NCBI RefSeq assembly: GCF_000022265.1 | Contig: NC_011979.1 | Coordinates: 1,530,001 to 1,562,000 of the forward strand | DNA from: Geotalea daltonii FRC-32 | GTDB lineage: Bacteria; Desulfobacterota; Desulfuromonadia; Geobacterales; Geobacteraceae | DNA: 32,000 bases | Direction: 5' to 3' | Shown here: piece by piece, positions 1 to 9,276 of the stretch | How the letters are laid out: each line of letters opens with the position of its first letter | Numbering within the stretch: position 1 is the stretch's first letter | Notes under the pieces: model-generated | Databases searched by the model: none | Told to the model about the DNA's origin: nothing | The model's input: the letters and a program-made list of their open reading frames with translations, nothing else | Made by a program: the position numbers and the translations under genes

Positions 1-6
1 TGATGC

Positions 7-1035
7 ATGAAGCTAGGCATTATCACTCCCCATTACTATCCACTCATGCGCGGCAACGCCGTGACCGTGCGCCGAATTGAGAAAAACCTTGCAAATGCCG
101 GAGTCGAGGTAGCCGTTTATTCACTGGATGCTATGACTGCCGAAGAGATCGGCAGTGAGGTCGATGCTGCAAGACCAGAATTGATCCATGCCTTCCATGG
201 CCATAGCGGCGGCAGGGTGGCTTACCGGCTCAAGGAGCAGTACGGCATTCCCTATGTCATCACTCTTACGGGTACCGATATCTATGAAGCGATCATCGAC
301 CACCGCCGGGAAGAAACCTTCCGCGCCCTCAATGGGGCTGCTGGACTGGTCGTATTCCACGAAAGCGTAAGAGACCGGCTGCTGAACCATCTTTCACAAT
401 TGGAGGCTAACACCGTCGTTATCCCCCAAGGGGTGGAACTGCCTGAGGAACCCTGCCGTCGAGCCAGAGAATTCCCTTTTTCATCCGACAGCTTCAGCTT
501 TCTCCTGCCGGCGGGCCTGCGTCCAGTAAAGAACGTGCTTTTCCCCCTCGGGCCGCTGGCGGCACTGCATGACCAATATCCACGCATTCGCCTGATCCTG
601 GCCGGGCCGGTCCTTGATCCTGCCTATGCCGCACAGGTCATGGACTCCCTTGAAGGGTACCCGTTCGCCCATTACCTTGGCGGAATCGGCCATGATGAAA
701 TGGGCTGCCTGTACAATAAGGCTGAGGTGGTGCTGAATACTTCGATCTTTGAGGGGGGGATGGCCAACAGCATCCTGGAGGCTCTTGCCTATGGCAAGGC
801 GGTGCTGGCTGCCGACATCGAGGGGAACCGATCACTGATTGCCGATGGCAAAACCGGTTTTCTTTACCAGAACGAGCGTCAGTTTTTGCAGAAGGCGGAG
901 CAGCTTGTCTGTCGGCCCGACATGCGTGCAGCATTCGGGGCGGCAGGGCGGACATTGGCAAGGGAACGGTTTGCCCCGGAAAAGGAAATTGCAGGCTATC
1001 TGCAGCTCTATCAGGGGGTATTGAGACAACGGTGA
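7..1035 (+). CDS. Glycosyltransferase, GT-B fold, family 4 / group 1
   Basis: 342-aa ORF with an ATG at 7. The C-terminal half carries the group-1 GT signature region (NTSIFEGGMANSILEALAYGKAVLAADIEGNRSLI..GKTGFL). The N-terminus (KLGIITPHYYP..GNAVTV) is typical of GT4 enzymes. Confidence 0.8.
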   Translation: MKLGIITPHYYPLMRGNAVTVRRIEKNLANAGVEVAVYSLDAMTAEEIGSEVDAARPELIHAFHGHSGGRVAYRLKEQYGIPYVITLTGTDIYEAIIDHRREETFRALNGAAGLVVFHESVRDRLLNHLSQLEANTVVIPQGVELPEEPCRRAREFPFSSDSFSFLLPAGLRPVKNVLFPLGPLAALHDQYPRIRLILAGPVLDPAYAAQVMDSLEGYPFAHYLGGIGHDEMGCLYNKAEVVLNTSIFEGGMANSILEALAYGKAVLAADIEGNRSLIADGKTGFLYQNERQFLQKAEQLVCRPDMRAAFGAAGRTLARERFAPEKEIAGYLQLYQGVLRQR

Positions 1036-1067
1036 GGAGTGAGGAGTGAGGCGGCGCCTTCACTTGT

Positions 1068-2615
1068 TTAATCGGCTCTGGTGGTGAAGGGGACTGCAGG
1101 TCTTTCTGCTATCGCCTCAGGTAGCTCCAGGTTGCGCGGGATCTTGTCCAGCCCCTCCACCCGGTCGATATCCTTGCCGGTGGAGGCTCCCAGTTCCTTG
1201 AAGCGGCGAGCGGTCACCAGAACTCGTGTCTCCATGGATCCCACGGCCTTGTTGTAGGATTCGACGGCCCGCTCCAGTCCCTTGCGCATATCGGAAAAAT
1301 GGCCGGCCAGGGTGGCTATCCGGTCGTAAAGGGATTTGCCCAACTCGGAGATTGCCTGGGCGTTTTCGGCGATCTGCTCCTGCCTCCAGCCATAGGCCAC
1401 CGCGCGGAGCAGGGCGATAAGGGTGGTGGGGGTGGCGAGGATCACCTTCTGCTCGACGCCGAACTCGATCAAGCTCGGGTCCTGCTCCAGGGCGGCGCTG
1501 AAGAACGTCTCGCCAGGAAGGAAAAGAACGACGAACTCTGGTGTCGGCTGAAACTGGTCCCAGTATGACTTGGCCGAGAGCTTTGTCAGGTGGACCCTGA
1601 TGTGACGGCTATGCTCCTTCAGCTGGCGCTGGCGCTCCTCTTCGCTGGCTGCTTCCAGCGCTTCAAGATAGGCCATCAGCGGCGCCTTCGAATCGACGAC
1701 GATATTCTTGCCGTTGGGCAGCTTGATGACCATGTCCGGCCGTAGCCGTCCCTCTTCCGTGGTGGTCGATTCCTGCTCCTGAAAATCGCAGTAGTTGACC
1801 ATGCCGCACATCTCCACCACCCGCTTCAGTTGAATCTCCCCCCATCGCCCGCGTACGGTGGGAGCACGCAAGGCCTTGACCAGATTGGCCGTCTCCCCTT
1901 GCAGCTGCATCTGCCCGGCTGCCATGGTCTTGATCTGTTCGGTCAAACCGGCATAAGCGGTAATGCGGGTTTTTTCCAGCTCCTGGATCTTGGTATCCAC
2001 CTTTTCCAGGGACTCCCGCATCGGCCTTACCAGTTCGTCGATGGCCCTGTGCCGTAGCGCCAGGTCACCTTTGGCCCCCTCCTGGAATTTTTCAAGCGAT
2101 GACTTGGCCAGATCTAGAAAAGCCTGGTTATTTCTGTTCAGGGCCTCGGCGGACAGAGACTTGAAGGCGTCGGATAACTTCACATGGGCCGCGTCGAGGA
2201 TGGCAAGCTTTTCCTCTGTGGCTTTACGCTCCTCACCCAGCTGGGTCGCCATGGCCGAAAGCCTTGCCTTAAGGGAGGAATTTTCATCAGAGGCCTGCTG
2301 CAGTTGTTCTTCTTTTGCCCGGAGCTGCACCTCCAGCTGCGGGATGCGATTCACTTTCTCTTCGGCGGCGGCTTTTTTTTCGGCAATTGCCTGCAGTTCT
2401 GCCTGCAGTGAACCCTTTTCACCGGTGGCGTTACTAAGTGCAGTCCGCAGTTCGCCTATCTGCTGCTCCCTGTTCAGCAGCCGTTCATTGAGCGCCGCCG
2501 TAGCCGCTTCAGTTTCCCTTTTCCCCTGCTCATGGGCGTACTTCAATTTCGAGCTGTATATCAGCCATATTACCATGGCTATTACCAGTCCGGTTATCAG
2601 TATCATGTATTCCAT
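1068..2615 (-). CDS. rmuC: DNA recombination protein RmuC
   Basis: N-terminal TM helix, then a long E/K/A/L coiled coil, then the conserved RmuC C-terminal nuclease-like region ([13 protein letters not shown]..., [13 protein letters not shown]...). I prefer the ATG at 2615, which overlaps the hydrolase stop as TGATG. The ORF track starts at a GTG at 2624. Confidence 0.88.
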   Translation of the reverse strand: MEYMILITGLVIAMVIWLIYSSKLKYAHEQGKRETEAATAALNERLLNREQQIGELRTALSNATGEKGSLQAELQAIAEKKAAAEEKVNRIPQLEVQLRAKEEQLQQASDENSSLKARLSAMATQLGEERKATEEKLAILDAAHVKLSDAFKSLSAEALNRNNQAFLDLAKSSLEKFQEGAKGDLALRHRAIDELVRPMRESLEKVDTKIQELEKTRITAYAGLTEQIKTMAAGQMQLQGETANLVKALRAPTVRGRWGEIQLKRVVEMCGMVNYCDFQEQESTTTEEGRLRPDMVIKLPNGKNIVVDSKAPLMAYLEALEAASEEERQRQLKEHSRHIRVHLTKLSAKSYWDQFQPTPEFVVLFLPGETFFSAALEQDPSLIEFGVEQKVILATPTTLIALLRAVAYGWRQEQIAENAQAISELGKSLYDRIATLAGHFSDMRKGLERAVESYNKAVGSMETRVLVTARRFKELGASTGKDIDRVEGLDKIPRNLELPEAIAERPAVPFTTRAD

Positions 2616-3433
2616 CAGTTGCACCCGCTGGCCGTCCCATCCTTCAGTTCCTGCAGGAACTTCAGCAGGCAGGCGTTGAATTCATCGGCTTTTTCCATGT
2701 TGACCATATGTCCGGCCCCGGCGATCATGCAGTTGGAGGCATGGGGCAATCCGGAGACAAGAATGTCGAAGTTTTCCCGAGCCATGGCCCTGTCTTCGGT
2801 TGCGCCGATGACCAGTGACGGCATGGTTATCCTGCCCAGCAGGGGAGTATAATCCTGGCGGTCTCCAATGGCCAGCAGCCCACCAGCCATGCCGACCGGA
2901 TTTGCTGCCTGCATCCAGGCAGAGACCTGCGCCACCATTTCGGGTTTTTTACCGGTTGTCTCCTCGGCAAAAAGCAGCTTGGCGAAGATGTCGGCCGCTA
3001 TCCTGGCGCCAAAGGCTCTCACATCATCGGCCATGGCCTTGCGCTTTGCCTTGCCTGCCTCGTCGTCTGCGCCACTGCGGGTAACGATGAAGCAGGGGGC
3101 GATGATCCGGTCTGGATGCCGGGCAAGCAGGTTGAGGAGCACATATCCCCCCATTGACATGCCGCCGACCACAGCCTTCTTGATCTCCAGCCGGTCCATC
3201 AGGGCAATGAGGTCATCGGCAAATGTATCCATTGAATAAACGCCTGTTCCCGGCTCGCTCTCGCCGAACCCTCGCAGGTCGGGGGTAATCAGCCTGAATC
3301 CGGCACCGGTGACTGCCTTTGCCTGAGGCAACCACATCTGCCGATTGAGCGGAAACCCGTGAATGAGAATGACAGCCGGTCCGTCCCCCAGGTCGTCGTA
3401 AGAAAGGCATAATCCTTCTCTGTCGTATTTCAT
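2615..3433 (-). CDS. Alpha/beta-fold hydrolase
   Basis: HGFPLN oxyanion region, nucleophile elbow GMSMGG (G-x-S-x-G) and a C-terminal GAGHM histidine. An AAGGAG SD lies 8 nt upstream of the ATG. Confidence 0.85.
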   Translation of the reverse strand: MKYDREGLCLSYDDLGDGPAVILIHGFPLNRQMWLPQAKAVTGAGFRLITPDLRGFGESEPGTGVYSMDTFADDLIALMDRLEIKKAVVGGMSMGGYVLLNLLARHPDRIIAPCFIVTRSGADDEAGKAKRKAMADDVRAFGARIAADIFAKLLFAEETTGKKPEMVAQVSAWMQAANPVGMAGGLLAIGDRQDYTPLLGRITMPSLVIGATEDRAMARENFDILVSGLPHASNCMIAGAGHMVNMEKADEFNACLLKFLQELKDGTASGCN

Positions 3434-3564
3434 GGCGCAAACTCCTTGGGATATTTCTGCGGGAAAACTGTAACACTATTTTCCCACAGGTCGACACTTT
3501 TTTTCTTTCACTACGGGGTGGGGACAATTCATGGATGGGGTAGGAGATCTCTCTCTTAAGGGGG

Positions 3565-3730
3565 CTAGTGTCCCGTGCGGTTAGTTCACCGCAAGAATTC
3601 TGAGGGATTTTGGTTCCTGGCAAGGCGCGGCGACGCAGGCCTGGCAGGGCCTAAGCCAAGGAGACGCAACGCAGCCAGGGGCCAAAAGAGCCAGAATTGT
3701 AAGGAATGAATTAACCGATCGGGACACTAG
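3565..3730. repeat. 166-bp palindromic MITE-like repeat, copy 1
   Basis: Begins CTAGTGTCCCG and ends CGGGACACTAG, a perfect 11-bp terminal inverted repeat. The arms are imperfectly complementary throughout. A second 166-bp copy in the opposite orientation lies at 22475..22640. The element has no coding capacity. Confidence 0.75.
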
Positions 3731-4128
3731 TTTGTCCGGGCGAAGTTGTGCGCCAGGGGAATGCAGCTGATGTATTCGCAGAAATCCTCGGTCAGTTCAT
3801 CCTGTTTGCCCTTGCGGTAGATGAAGAGATGCTCAAGATGAAGAATGGAGTACATGTTGATGTGAGGGGAATGAAAGGCGATGCCGTCTTTTGCTTTGCG
3901 AACGACCTTTGCCGGCATGGTGATGGTAATGGTGGTCGGACCTTCAGTGAAGCAGAGGGAAACGGATGCATTATCCTCATCCAACTGTTCCACCACGGGC
4001 ACTTTTATATAAATCCCCTTATTGCAGAGATTGTACACTTCGCCGAGAATCGTCGTTTTCCCGCACTGGATTGCTGCCTGTGCATGGAAATCGATTCTTC
4101 TGTATTGTCTGTGATTAACAGGATACAT
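3727..4128 (-). CDS. PilZ domain protein (putative c-di-GMP receptor)
   Basis: From the internal ATG at 4128: MYPVNHRQYRRIDF carries RxxxR (RQYRR), followed about 20 aa later by NLCNKG, which fits D/NxSxxG with Cys in place of Ser. The longer track ORF (to 4278) would overlap the recD 3' end. The SD is weak (GGTG). Confidence 0.7.
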   Translation of the reverse strand: MYPVNHRQYRRIDFHAQAAIQCGKTTILGEVYNLCNKGIYIKVPVVEQLDEDNASVSLCFTEGPTTITITMPAKVVRKAKDGIAFHSPHINMYSILHLEHLFIYRKGKQDELTEDFCEYISCIPLAHNFARTN

Positions 4129-4155
4129 GTCGGCACCGCAGGTGAAATAATTAAA

Positions 4156-4184
4156 ATTTATATACTTATTAGCAATAATTTCAA
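4156..4184 (-). promoter_or_regulatory. Candidate sigma70 promoter for the PilZ gene
   Basis: On the minus strand: TTGAAA (4179..4184), a 17-nt spacer, then ATAAAT (4156..4161). It sits in the AT-rich 70-bp recD-PilZ spacer. Confidence 0.35.
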
Positions 4185-4198
4185 GAAAAAAATATTTC

Positions 4199-6028
4199 TT
4201 AAAGCTTGCCCCATAGTGCTTCGCGCAAGCCGGATTTACGTAGCGTCCTACGTGCCGAGCTTTTGACGAAAACATCACCCGGACCGCATACTTCTACTCC
4301 TGTCTTGGCCCTGGTAAGAGCCGTGTAGATGAGTTCCCGGGTGAGGACCTCCGAATGCCGGTCGGGCAGCAGCAGCAAAATTCTGCTGAATTCGGAGCCC
4401 TGGCTCTTGTGAACGGTCATGGCGAAGGCGGTCTCATGTTCGGGAAGGCGCAGGGGTAGTATTGACCTGAGTGAACCGTCCGTTGTGGTGAAAAAGGCAC
4501 GCAGTTCGTTGTCTGCTGCCGGGTCAGGCAGAATAATGCCGATGTCGCCATTGAAAAGCCGGAGGTTGTAATCATTCCTCGTCACCATGACCGGCTGGCC
4601 TGCATACCAGCGCCCATGGGGGCGAATCAGGCCTTTTTCGGCCAAGATTTTTGCTACAAGCCGATTTACTGCCTCTGTGCCGAACGGTCCCTGCCGCAGA
4701 GCACACAGAATGCGGAAATCGGCCAATGAGGCAAAGGCGCTCTCTGCCGTTTTCGCCATCAGGTACGGTCTAAAACCATCGGTTATGGTGACAGCCAGCG
4801 CTTCTTGAAGTTTCTCCATGCCGGTATTTTCACGAAAAAGGAGGTCCGCGTATTTTTGCCCACTCAGCAGCTCCAGGGCTGCAGCGCCATTCCCTTCATT
4901 GACCAGTCTGCCCAGTTCTCCGATACCGCTGTCGGCGCCAAAACGATAGCTTTTGCGCAGGACGATGATGCTATCGTTCAGATGGTGAACATCGGCATCG
5001 TCAGCATATTCAATTGCTGCCCCAGGGCCGATTACCTCCTCTGCCAGATCACGGAAGGCTTTGGACAAACGTTGGCTGCTGCCGGTGTTGCAGATGTCGC
5101 CCAAAACGGCCCCTGCTTCCACCGAGGCCAGCTGATCCCGATCTCCCAGCAGGATGAGGCGGGTTGTGTCCCGCAGCGCATCAACCAGTTTTGCCATCAG
5201 CGGCAGCGAGACCATTGATGCTTCGTCCACCACCACCACATCGAAGGGGAGGGGATTGTCCCGGTTGTACCTGAAGCGGCTTGAGCCCGGCACGTGCCCC
5301 AGGAGCCGATGGATGGTCGTGACCTGGTTGGGGATCTGTTGCAGCACATGCTCACTGACGGGCATCCCGCTTCTTGCCGAGATTATCGATTCACCAAGTC
5401 TTCCCGCTGCCTTGCCGGTGGGGGCGGCCAGGGCAATGTGGCATTTTCCGGCGGTGGCCTGCTCGATGAGCAGGATCAGGACCCGGAAAACAGTGGAGGT
5501 CTTTCCCGTTCCAGGCCCCCCGGCAATAACGGTAATTTGCCTGCTGACGCAGGCCAGCGCTGCGAGCTGCTGCCAGTCTGTTTCACCAGCGTTGCCCTCC
5601 GGAAACAGGCGGCTCATACCCTCCCTGAGCAATTCCCGGTCGAAAACCGGCTTATTGTCGGCAAGACGAAGTAATGCTCGGGCCAAGTCGCTTTCATAGC
5701 TCCAGTAGCGGTGGAGGTAGAGACGGTTGGCGCTGTCGAGGACCAGGGGGGTAAAATCCCCCGGTGCACCCACCACCGGCAACTCCCTGAGCCGGGCGGA
5801 CCATGCTGCCGGGTCATCGATCTCGTAACCTGCAGCAGATTGGCAGACATCCGTCAGGTCGAGGCAGACATTGCCATTGCTGACGGCCTGACTGGCAAGG
5901 GCGGCCGCAAGCCACAGCTCTTTATCATCGCTGGAAGCCAGGCGACACATGAAGGCGGCAAAGTGTCTGTCCATATCGCTAAATGGCATGATCTCGGCCA
6001 CTGGGCCCATTCCTTCCTCCCTGTTCAT
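4199..6028 (-). CDS. recD: Exodeoxyribonuclease V alpha subunit RecD
   Basis: Walker A GGPGTGKTS, Walker B VVVDEASMV and the C-terminal SF1 motif TVHKSQGSEF. The start overlaps the recB stop (ATGA). Confidence 0.92.
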   Translation of the reverse strand: MNREEGMGPVAEIMPFSDMDRHFAAFMCRLASSDDKELWLAAALASQAVSNGNVCLDLTDVCQSAAGYEIDDPAAWSARLRELPVVGAPGDFTPLVLDSANRLYLHRYWSYESDLARALLRLADNKPVFDRELLREGMSRLFPEGNAGETDWQQLAALACVSRQITVIAGGPGTGKTSTVFRVLILLIEQATAGKCHIALAAPTGKAAGRLGESIISARSGMPVSEHVLQQIPNQVTTIHRLLGHVPGSSRFRYNRDNPLPFDVVVVDEASMVSLPLMAKLVDALRDTTRLILLGDRDQLASVEAGAVLGDICNTGSSQRLSKAFRDLAEEVIGPGAAIEYADDADVHHLNDSIIVLRKSYRFGADSGIGELGRLVNEGNGAAALELLSGQKYADLLFRENTGMEKLQEALAVTITDGFRPYLMAKTAESAFASLADFRILCALRQGPFGTEAVNRLVAKILAEKGLIRPHGRWYAGQPVMVTRNDYNLRLFNGDIGIILPDPAADNELRAFFTTTDGSLRSILPLRLPEHETAFAMTVHKSQGSEFSRILLLLPDRHSEVLTRELIYTALTRAKTGVEVCGPGDVFVKSSARRTLRKSGLREALWGKL

Positions 6029-9000
6029 GGCAATGTCTCCACCAGCAGCCGGGACAGTCGATCAATGAGCTGAAAGGGGGGGCGGGCCTGGAAGATACCG
6101 CTGTCACGGCTCTCATCTCCGACTCCGCGGAGGAAGATGTAGAAAACACCGCCGAAGTGCCGATCATAATCGTAATCTGCCAATCGCAGTTGCAGATATC
6201 CATGGAGGGCAACGGTATAAAGCAGGTATTGCAGGTGATAGAGGTTGTCGGCCATTTCCCTGGCCATTTCCCCGCTGCCGTAGTTTTCCTGGCGATTGCC
6301 CAAATGGTTGGATTTCCAGTCGATGATGTGGTAGCGCCCCCCATGCTCAAGGACCAGGTCCATGAAGCCGCGCAGCATCCCCCTGACCGGAGTGAATGAC
6401 AGCTTGGCTGCCAGTTCGGCCAGGTTTAACTCGGAGGCTGCGTCATTCCAGCTTGCTGCCGCTTCTCGAAAAGTATCGCTGGAGATCCGGGCCAGTGGAA
6501 AAAAGAATTCCAACTCGGTGAGCCTGCGGTCAGGCCCGATTTCGGAAAGCGTAAAAGAGCCTGCATCGGTCGTTAACCGTGTCTGGATCACGTTTCTGGT
6601 CATTGAAAGCACTGTTTCCAGCCATTGCCCGGCAAAACCATGCTTTTTCAACAGGGCTTCAACCAGGCCGGGGGCCGTGGCGAAATCGGTAAAATCAAGG
6701 TTCTCGAAAATTTCATGGAAAAAAATGCCGGCGGCGGTCCCCCGGGGGAAGGCGAAAATACCGGATGCAGGCAGGTCGGAGTAATCTTCTCCTTTGGCAA
6801 GGGCGGCAGCATCACGATCCGGAAGTTCTGCTGCATGGGCGCCATGTCTTGTGGAGGATGAAAAGGAGGTGAAGCTTGTGACCCGCCAATCCCGGTCAAT
6901 GCGGCCGGTGAAGGTGCGGCAGACACATTTTTCCGGCTGCGGCGCCTTGGCCGGATAAGGTTGAGGCGTCCCCTGGAACGGTGCCTCTATGGCGATGCTA
7001 CCGGCTGCATTTCCTGCTATTCGGTGCAGGTCGGCGAGTATTTCCTCGTCGGTGAGGCTGACCTGGCCGTTGTTGGCTGTCGCTTGAGGGTGAAGAAGGT
7101 AGTGGAGGGCGGAGTTTCCAGCATCCTTGAAAGCGCCCCAGGCCAGGTAGCAGCGGTGACGGGCACGGGTGACGGCCACATAGAGAAGGCGGAGGTTTTC
7201 AGCCATGGCTTCCCTTGCTGCTCTTTGCCGGTTAACCTCCAGTTCGGGCGAACCCATGTCGATGGTGGGGAGCCGGTCATCACCATGGAAGGTGACGGTT
7301 TTTTCCCTCCGGCCATATTCGGCCCAGTTGAAGGGGCAGAAAACCACTTGATATTCCAGCCCCTTGCTCTTGTGGATAGTGACCAGCTGCACAGCGTCTG
7401 AATCCGTTTCCAGGCGGATTTCGTGCTCCTCCCGTTGCTCCTTTTCGCCGATCCGTTCGGCCAGCCAGGAGACTACCCCCTCCATTCCCAGGCGATGCAA
7501 GACGGCCGCCCCATGGACCGCCTCAAAGCAGTGAAGGACATTGGTGAGTCTTCTTCTGCCATCTGACAATGCCAGGATGCGGCTCCGCACCTGCCTTGCA
7601 GCCATGAATCCCATGGCCATGGTCATGCAGCCGCCAGTCTGCCACTGGTCATGGTAACTGCTGAATTCCGCCAGCACTGCCTCCCACCGTGGCTCATTCT
7701 CACCGATGGCCGCCAGATCATCGCCGGATAGTCCAAGCAGATCGGTGACCAGGGCTGCCCTGACCTGCCGTTCATTGGCTGGGTCCGCAACGGCGGCAAG
7801 AAAATGGAGCACCTCCCTTGCTTCTGCCGATTCGAAAAGGTTGCCGGCACTGCAGACGACGCTGGGAATGCCCAGCCGGCTCAGGGCACGTTGGACTAGC
7901 CTGGCCTGGCGATTCGCCCGTACCAGCACGGCAATGTCTCCGGGAGCGATGGGCCTGTTGCCGATGCACAGCCTCCCTTCTGCACCGTCGTGCAACAGCT
8001 GGGAAATCTCCCCGGCCACCGCGTCGGTCAGCATTTGCCAGGCATCGCCCTTGTTGATGGGCTTGCCCGTTTCCCGGCGTCCGGCAAACCAGAAACGGAA
8101 AGGAGCGGCATCTTCCCTGCCGTCCAAAGTCAATAATTCCCGTTCCCGTTCGGCAGGGGTTACCTGGTGGAACTGTATCTCCTCCATACCGAAGGGGGCG
8201 GTTCGGGAGGAAAAAAGGCCGTTAACGGCCTGGATCAGCCGTGGCTCGGAGCGCCAGTTCTCCCCGAGGGAGTGCCCAACAAGGGGACTTTTGGCGGCAT
8301 CCAGGTAGGCGAAGATATCGGCACCCCGGAAGCTGTAAATGGCCTGTTTCGGGTCGCCGATGAGGAAAAAGGGAGTCGTGTCGCCGGCTGGATAAATGCG
8401 GTCGAAGATTCTGAACTGGATCGGATCGGTATCCTGGAACTCGTCGATAAGGGCAGCCCGATAGTGCTCCCTGATCATGGGTGCCAGGGAACAATCAGTG
8501 GTTTGCACGGCGGCATGCAGGTCCAGCAGGAGGTCCTGAAAGAAACGGATGTTTTTCTTTCCCTTGCGTTTCGGCAGTTCTGCAGCCAGGTAATCGAAAA
8601 ATCCCCTTTTCAGGGCGAGCAGCCATTTCTCTGCATGGTCGCAGTCTACTCCCCCTTGAGTGATGACCATGGCTTGCGGTTCGGGCAGTATCCTGACCAG
8701 GGGATTGCCGGCATGCCGGCTTGCCAGTTCCAGCAGTGCTTCCGGGGTAAGCCCAGCCTCAATGGCTGTCCTTGCAAGTGCAGGCGGGGCATTGTAACAG
8801 TGCGTGCGCCAGTAGTCGGCGGCAATTTGCCGTAGTACCGGCCGTTCGTCGGTCACCAGCTCCGTATCGTACAGAGAGCCGCTCTCGAAGGGGTTTTCCT
8901 GGAGCATGCGTTGGCAGAAGCCATGGATGGTGAAGATTGCCGCCTCATCAAAAGAGCGCAGAGCGTTGGTCAAGGCCTGTCCTGCAGCGGATCTGTCGGT

Positions 9001-9276
9001 AATGCGACCGATCAGGCACATAAGAAAGGAGTCGGTGCTTGTCCCCTGACCAAAAGCTTCTGCTGCCTCGGTGAGCCGTTTTCTGATCCGTTCCCGGAGT
9101 TCCTTGGTCGCCGCCTCGGTGAATGTCACCACCAGGATTTGCTCTACAGGCAGGTGTTGTTCCAGAACCAGTCGCAGGTAGAGGGCGGCTATGGCAAAGG
9201 TCTTGCCGGTTCCGGCACTGGCTTCGATCAGGTTGCGCCCGGCGATGGGGGTATTGAGCAGGTCCAGGGGGCTCAT
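6025..9276 (-). CDS. recB: Exodeoxyribonuclease V beta subunit RecB
   Basis: 1083 aa. UvrD-like helicase motifs (ASAGTGKTFAI, DEFQDTD, YSFRGAD) plus a C-terminal PD-(D/E)xK nuclease region (GFMDLV...IIDWKSN). ATGA overlaps on both sides. Confidence 0.92.
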   Translation of the reverse strand: MSPLDLLNTPIAGRNLIEASAGTGKTFAIAALYLRLVLEQHLPVEQILVVTFTEAATKELRERIRKRLTEAAEAFGQGTSTDSFLMCLIGRITDRSAAGQALTNALRSFDEAAIFTIHGFCQRMLQENPFESGSLYDTELVTDERPVLRQIAADYWRTHCYNAPPALARTAIEAGLTPEALLELASRHAGNPLVRILPEPQAMVITQGGVDCDHAEKWLLALKRGFFDYLAAELPKRKGKKNIRFFQDLLLDLHAAVQTTDCSLAPMIREHYRAALIDEFQDTDPIQFRIFDRIYPAGDTTPFFLIGDPKQAIYSFRGADIFAYLDAAKSPLVGHSLGENWRSEPRLIQAVNGLFSSRTAPFGMEEIQFHQVTPAERERELLTLDGREDAAPFRFWFAGRRETGKPINKGDAWQMLTDAVAGEISQLLHDGAEGRLCIGNRPIAPGDIAVLVRANRQARLVQRALSRLGIPSVVCSAGNLFESAEAREVLHFLAAVADPANERQVRAALVTDLLGLSGDDLAAIGENEPRWEAVLAEFSSYHDQWQTGGCMTMAMGFMAARQVRSRILALSDGRRRLTNVLHCFEAVHGAAVLHRLGMEGVVSWLAERIGEKEQREEHEIRLETDSDAVQLVTIHKSKGLEYQVVFCPFNWAEYGRREKTVTFHGDDRLPTIDMGSPELEVNRQRAAREAMAENLRLLYVAVTRARHRCYLAWGAFKDAGNSALHYLLHPQATANNGQVSLTDEEILADLHRIAGNAAGSIAIEAPFQGTPQPYPAKAPQPEKCVCRTFTGRIDRDWRVTSFTSFSSSTRHGAHAAELPDRDAAALAKGEDYSDLPASGIFAFPRGTAAGIFFHEIFENLDFTDFATAPGLVEALLKKHGFAGQWLETVLSMTRNVIQTRLTTDAGSFTLSEIGPDRRLTELEFFFPLARISSDTFREAAASWNDAASELNLAELAAKLSFTPVRGMLRGFMDLVLEHGGRYHIIDWKSNHLGNRQENYGSGEMAREMADNLYHLQYLLYTVALHGYLQLRLADYDYDRHFGGVFYIFLRGVGDESRDSGIFQARPPFQLIDRLSRLLVETLP

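Noticed and set aside
1032-1063. Tandem GTGAGGA x3 followed by a short imperfect hairpin at the GT/rmuC convergent junction
   Set aside because: It amounts to three 7-mers overlapping the GT stop codon. That is too short for a CRISPR or VNTR-type call. It could be a weak bidirectional terminator but has only a 7-bp stem with a wobble pair.
1963-2679. 238-aa Ser/Ala/Cys-rich ORF on the plus strand
   Set aside because: It is the mirror image of the rmuC coiled-coil codons (reverse complements of E/K/A/L). It has no start context and no domain.
3213-3623. 136-aa minus-strand ORF, and the 21923..22162 plus-strand ORF, running through the repeat elements
   Set aside because: Both read through palindromic repeat or spacer sequence and into the 5' end or antisense strand of real genes. 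They are artefacts of stop-poor GC-rich repeats.
3748-4266. 172-aa plus-strand ORF opposite the PilZ gene
   Set aside because: Only the minus-strand frame yields the RxxxR / NxCxxG PilZ motif pair and a promoter-like upstream region.
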